DNA of 63,382 bases, filler included, from Choristocarpus tenellus KU-1152 (lineage: Eukaryota > Protista > Phaeophyceae), in the NCBI GenBank assembly GCA_964200185.2. It is 11 parts of 11 records of this genome, joined end to end, with 100 filler letters (N's around TTAATTAATTAA, not from the genome) between each part and the next. Parts side by side here need not be neighbours in the genome. Positions count along the whole stretch, not along the records: positions 58,045 to 63,382 come from CAXNAD020011104.1; 10 more parts are not named here. One strand, written 5' to 3'. Numbering within the stretch: position 1 is the first letter of the stretch; each line of letters starts with the position of its first letter. The notes under the pieces were generated by a model that saw nothing but the letters and a program-made list of their open reading frames with translations, was not told the DNA's origin and ran no database searches. The position numbers were made by a program, and so were the translations under genes. Shown in pieces: positions 59,121 through 63,382 of this stretch.

Positions 59121-61299
59121 CTTTTCTTGTCTCTTATCTTACCTCGAAAGGCCACCGGAAGACCGACCCTCCCCTCCCACTTCCGATCTACGCTGAATCC
59201 AAGTCTCGATTTGATCTTCAACCAGGAAGAGTGAAAAGGAAGGAAGGAAGGAAAGTCTCAAGAATGAATGACCACCCTCCCAGAACAACACCAGTCGCTT
59301 TTATGTCCGAGGTGCTCGTGCACACGACTGGTCTGAGATTCCTCAGTCTCTGTGGTACTAAACCCAACGAACACACTCCGATAACTTCTTTTCCCTCCCA
59401 CTCGCCCCTTCCTGCCAAGAGTCTTTGGTTCCTCCTCTCCTTTCTACCGGCTGTCTCTGGACGATGAAAATAATTTCTTCCACTCAGAAAATAAAGTTTA
59501 TCGCCTTCTTCTCTCTGTACGGTCACTTTTATCTTTTTCTTGTTGTGTGAAAAAGTAAGAAACAGATGTGTTCTCAACAAAGAAGAAGAAGAAGTCCGAG
59601 AGATTAATCTCTACAGCAAAATACCACCTTCCCCTACTTCGGGTCACCCACCCTCCAGTGACCCTCTCTTATCCAAATAAGCAGGACAGATGACAACTCG
59701 GGAAACCTTTCACAGGTAGACCAGAGGTGTGGATGTCGTGAGCCTCTAGGAGGCTGCGACTGGTTCGGGTACGTTTTGGGTCGCGATTGTCTACTCTCAA
59801 CAGTCTCCAAAACTCTTCGCGGGCTACGGAGGAACAAACAACTTTTCTTTCCCTTATAGACCCTAAACCTGGTCAGGGGGTAGCAAGTAGGGGTCGGGGG
59901 TGAGTTTGGGCCCCGGCCCTTTCAGGGCCCTCAAGGCACGTCCTCAGCCTGGGCTGGTACACGGTCTCATCACGGACAACCTGCCGCCCCGATAACCGTT
60001 CCAACCGCCCTGCACCGTCGTGTACAGGGTCGAGAAAGGCTCTACTTCTACTCCTTGTTATCCACAGCCCACTCTGGTACTGTCTGGCTTGTCAAGGGAG
60101 AGGGAGATGGGTAAGGGTGGCAGGAACCAAGGAAGGAGGAAATGGTACCCGAGATTCCATTGGGTTGGAAGGAAGAGGGAGACAAGGAGTGGGGGGGGTT
60201 GGAGATCAAGCAGATCATATATTTTCTTATATAGGCAGTACTTTCGGGTAGAACGAGTTATGTACATTTGGGGTTACAAACGACACTGCGGGAACTGGGG
60301 TTTTCTCGGGGGTTGAACTAGGAGTGAGAGTTGCAATGGTAGGGGGAACCGAAGGATCAGTGGCGTAATAGCAAGGATTGGGCAAACGCTTTCCGAGTTC
60401 ATGTGCATTTAATCATCCTCAGGACGACCCCAAAACTACCCTCGACGGTCCGTAGGGTGATTCCCGGCCAAACGGAGACCAACACGCAGGTTGGAATAAG
60501 GTCCGCTGACAAGAGGTAACTATACCGCCACTACCCCCCACCTCTTGACAACTACGATGTTGTGACTGCAACGCGTGGCATATGGAAATTTCCACCACAT
60601 CTCCTGTCCCTCGCACCCGCTGCAGGACTGCACAGGACCGAGCTCTACGAGTATGCACCATCACGACTAGAAGAGACAACCACCTCAATAGGAGGCATCT
60701 CAATCGCGACAGAGAATAGCTCACCATGTAAGGACCTCCTTGCCCAGAGTGGAGGGAACTAAAGAGGTGAATTCCTAATCGTCAGCCCCCAGCGACGTTT
60801 TTCGGGCTTGTCCGAGATACAGCGGTGAAAGGCGTCAAACCATCTATGCTATGGTAGTGCACCCTAAGGTCCTTGTGCGCGAAAAACGAGCGCGCGGAAT
60901 GCCAGCACTGTGCTTTCTTTTGTTAGGAATGATGTAACTTACATCATCAATACAAAATTCCGCATAAAGAGATGATAGTGATGACTTAATCGCGAGTCTT
61001 TTCATATCCTATCGTGTCTCATCTTTGAATCACTGGAGGTGTAGGAGATGTTCAAAAGAACCACCACACCGTATTGTCCTCGTCTCAAAAAATGTAAAAG
61101 GACATTCTTCATTTGTTTCCTATCTTCTCCACAAATATACTCAAGAATCAAGCTTTCACAACAAATAAGAAAGAAAAACATGTGCTCCACAACCCACTTT
61201 CACCGTCCAAGGTTATTCCCACCCTGGTGGTCCTATTCTGCCCCCCTAACTAGTTCCTCACACAACCTACATCGGTCAACACTGGTTGTATTTGTCGGT

Positions 61300-63110
61300 T
61301 CCATTACCAATTATTATTTTGTTATATTCGGTCCTACTACAATTATTATCATAGTATACCCCTCCCTCTTGTTACAAGACAAACAATTATTTTAGTACCC
61401 CCAATCCCTTCAGTCACTCTTCTTAGCATCCGTCCCTTCACTATTTGTCCATTCTTTCTAAGAACTAAAAGTATCATAGAAGTTATTGGAGGAATTTTCT
61501 CCCAACCTGGAAGGTCATAAAATGTGTGATATAAGCATACTCCCCAGAAGTAATATGTAGTGTATGATAACAGGACAGGTCCAGAACTGTCACAGATGTC
61601 AATCAATCTAGACCTTGGGTAAGCACTAGTGACATGGCTTAATAAGGGCAGTCCAGGTCCGTCGGAGATTGTTATTGGATCGGACCACATCTCTCGATTT
61701 TGTCTAGTAGTGTAGGTATAGCAGATGCCATGAAGACCAACGGGTCACCCTTCAAATAATCTTGGTGGTAGGGCGATGAAAATATATGAAGTTGAAGCGA
61801 GTTCCAAAAACATCTAACACATTCCCACAATTATAGGAGACACAGCTAGGGGGGTCGAGCCCACATTCTTTGACCTCGATAGTCATGGTTAAAATTACTG
61901 GTTTATGATGGTGAAATTACTCTAGTTTCTGAAATTGAAAAATGAACGTAGAAATGGGTATCTCTAAGTGTGTTTCTTCTAGTATTGTGATTCCAAAGAA
62001 TTATATAAGTGAAGTTAAATCGGTTAGATTTTTTTTTTACTCGATTATTATGGAGGGGCACTTTGCACAGCCTAACGCCAATATTGGGACGCCACTCCAG
62101 GTCGAAACCCCTCCGTTGTGCCGAGGGCCATACCGAAGGCGAAATTGTTTTGAAATCCTCTTCATTTCCGTGGTCTTGGATACACTTCGGAGTGATTTCT
62201 GAGGTAGGTGTGCTTTTTTGCATGTTTAGTATTATGGTATGTTCTGCAGAAGAAGGGATTGAAGATTTATTTGTCAGGATATCAGGGAATGAGATATTGT
62301 ATATTCAACATATATTTGTGTTGTAAATGGCTACATATTGTTGCTGCTTCAGTGTTCAGGTGGTGTCCTTTCTGTTGCCATTCTTGGCAAATCTCCCATC
62401 GCATTCTTCATCCATGTGCTCCGCAGGTAGACACGGAGTTCCGCATAACCTGTGGTCCACCCTGCACATTTTAGGTCGTCGCAACATTCCCAGGTGTTGA
62501 AAGCATCCACTCTGAGTCTGCTTGTGTAGCAGGGATGTCCGAAATACAGTTGGCAAGTTTGGCCAAGCACAGAGGTTTTGAGGCCATTTCCTGACACTGC
62601 TTGATTGAGCGGGTTGTTGTGAAATCCACTGTCCAAATCAATTATTGGGAATCCTCCTCCTGCAATCTTGAAGGCACCAACTGTTACAACATAAGAAAAT
62701 CCAGGCTATAGTGGAGAGCTACCAAGAATCTTAAGTGCTGAGGTGAATACTGAGTACTCTCTCCAGTTTGAAGAGACCAGGTAGGACCTCCATGTTACAG
62801 CACGCTCCAGAAGTTTACCTCCAAGGGATGTATAGCTCCAGTCCACAAGCCTATAGGTGACGACGATACACGTACACGTACAGGACTCCTGATGCACAAG
62901 TCGTCAAGTATGCTGGATCTCTCACTTGGATTATTCCTTTCATAAGTATCGTCAATATCATCATATAAAAGGAACTGGCACCAATGTACCATCTGGGTGT
63001 AAAAGAATTAATTATATTATAAATAAATAGTCAAGTACAAATATATCAAATCTAGGACTTCAAGGTCATAACGGTATTTATGAAACCACCATCAAGGCAT
63101 ATCGCCTGTA
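61300..63110 (-). mobile_element. Decayed Ty3/Gypsy-like pol relic
   Basis: LDSG (protease-like), RRGFDLEW (KxxxFxW-like), GTRFNFIYFHRP...RVTRWS (FxxxTDHRPL..RxxRW RNase H-like); second diverged copy at 18050-19320. Confidence 0.5.
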
Positions 63111-63382
63111 ACACAACCTCTACATGTGTTGCTTCCTCCATGTGCCTCCTCTGACCGTGTGTGTTTGTGTTCCAATATCCCAGCACCACCAACTGAACTC
63201 CTCCCACATGTTGCAAGGGAAGCTCTTACAAACCCCTTGTGACATTTTTGGGAGGGCTGCCCCCACTCATGATGGACAGTATATGGATGTGGGCTTGGTT
63301 CCACCATGGGACTATTGTCTGCCTCCCAAGTTCTGTGGTCCAGGCTCAAAGTATCTGGGAGGGGGTGGCGGCTGTCCATTTG

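Noticed and set aside
60355-60410. tRNA or SINE-like A-box (TGGCGTAATAG)
   Set aside because: No cloverleaf and no convincing B-box.

Overview
This is eukaryotic, intron-rich, repeat-rich genomic DNA. A stramenopile, probably a brown alga or close relative, is my inference from gene content, GT-AG exon structure and TE relic types. The window is not one locus: ten identical artificial 100-nt spacers (44 N + TTAATTAATTAA + 44 N) split it into 11 contigs that appear unrelated. By hand-splicing I recovered seven partial genes: a BCAT-like sulfotransferase-fold/aminotransferase-IV fusion protein (+, 2 exons), the PUS7/TruD last exon (-), an MMACHC/CblC-like gene (-, 3 exons, one GC-AG intron), an intronless CPWD-type ankyrin-like repeat ORF (-), a class-3 lipase (-, 7 exons, intact GHSLG/D/H triad), an EF-hand-containing USP9/24/34-like segment (-, 5 exons) and a CBM20 first exon (-). 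The rest is decayed mobile DNA and tandem repeats. Mobile DNA: a mariner pseudogene, Copia, Gypsy and DIRS/Ngaro relics, a TG..TA solo LTR and three MITE families, two of which share termini and look Sola2-like. Tandem repeats: many mini- and microsatellites and interstitial CCCTAA tracts. I found no rRNA, tRNA or CRISPR array. I cannot show a new multi-gene system here; the best leads are the paired MITE families, the non-canonical LTR, a 66-bp fold-back element, and the EF-hand USP and CblC genes. Most ORFs in the supplied track are spurious.
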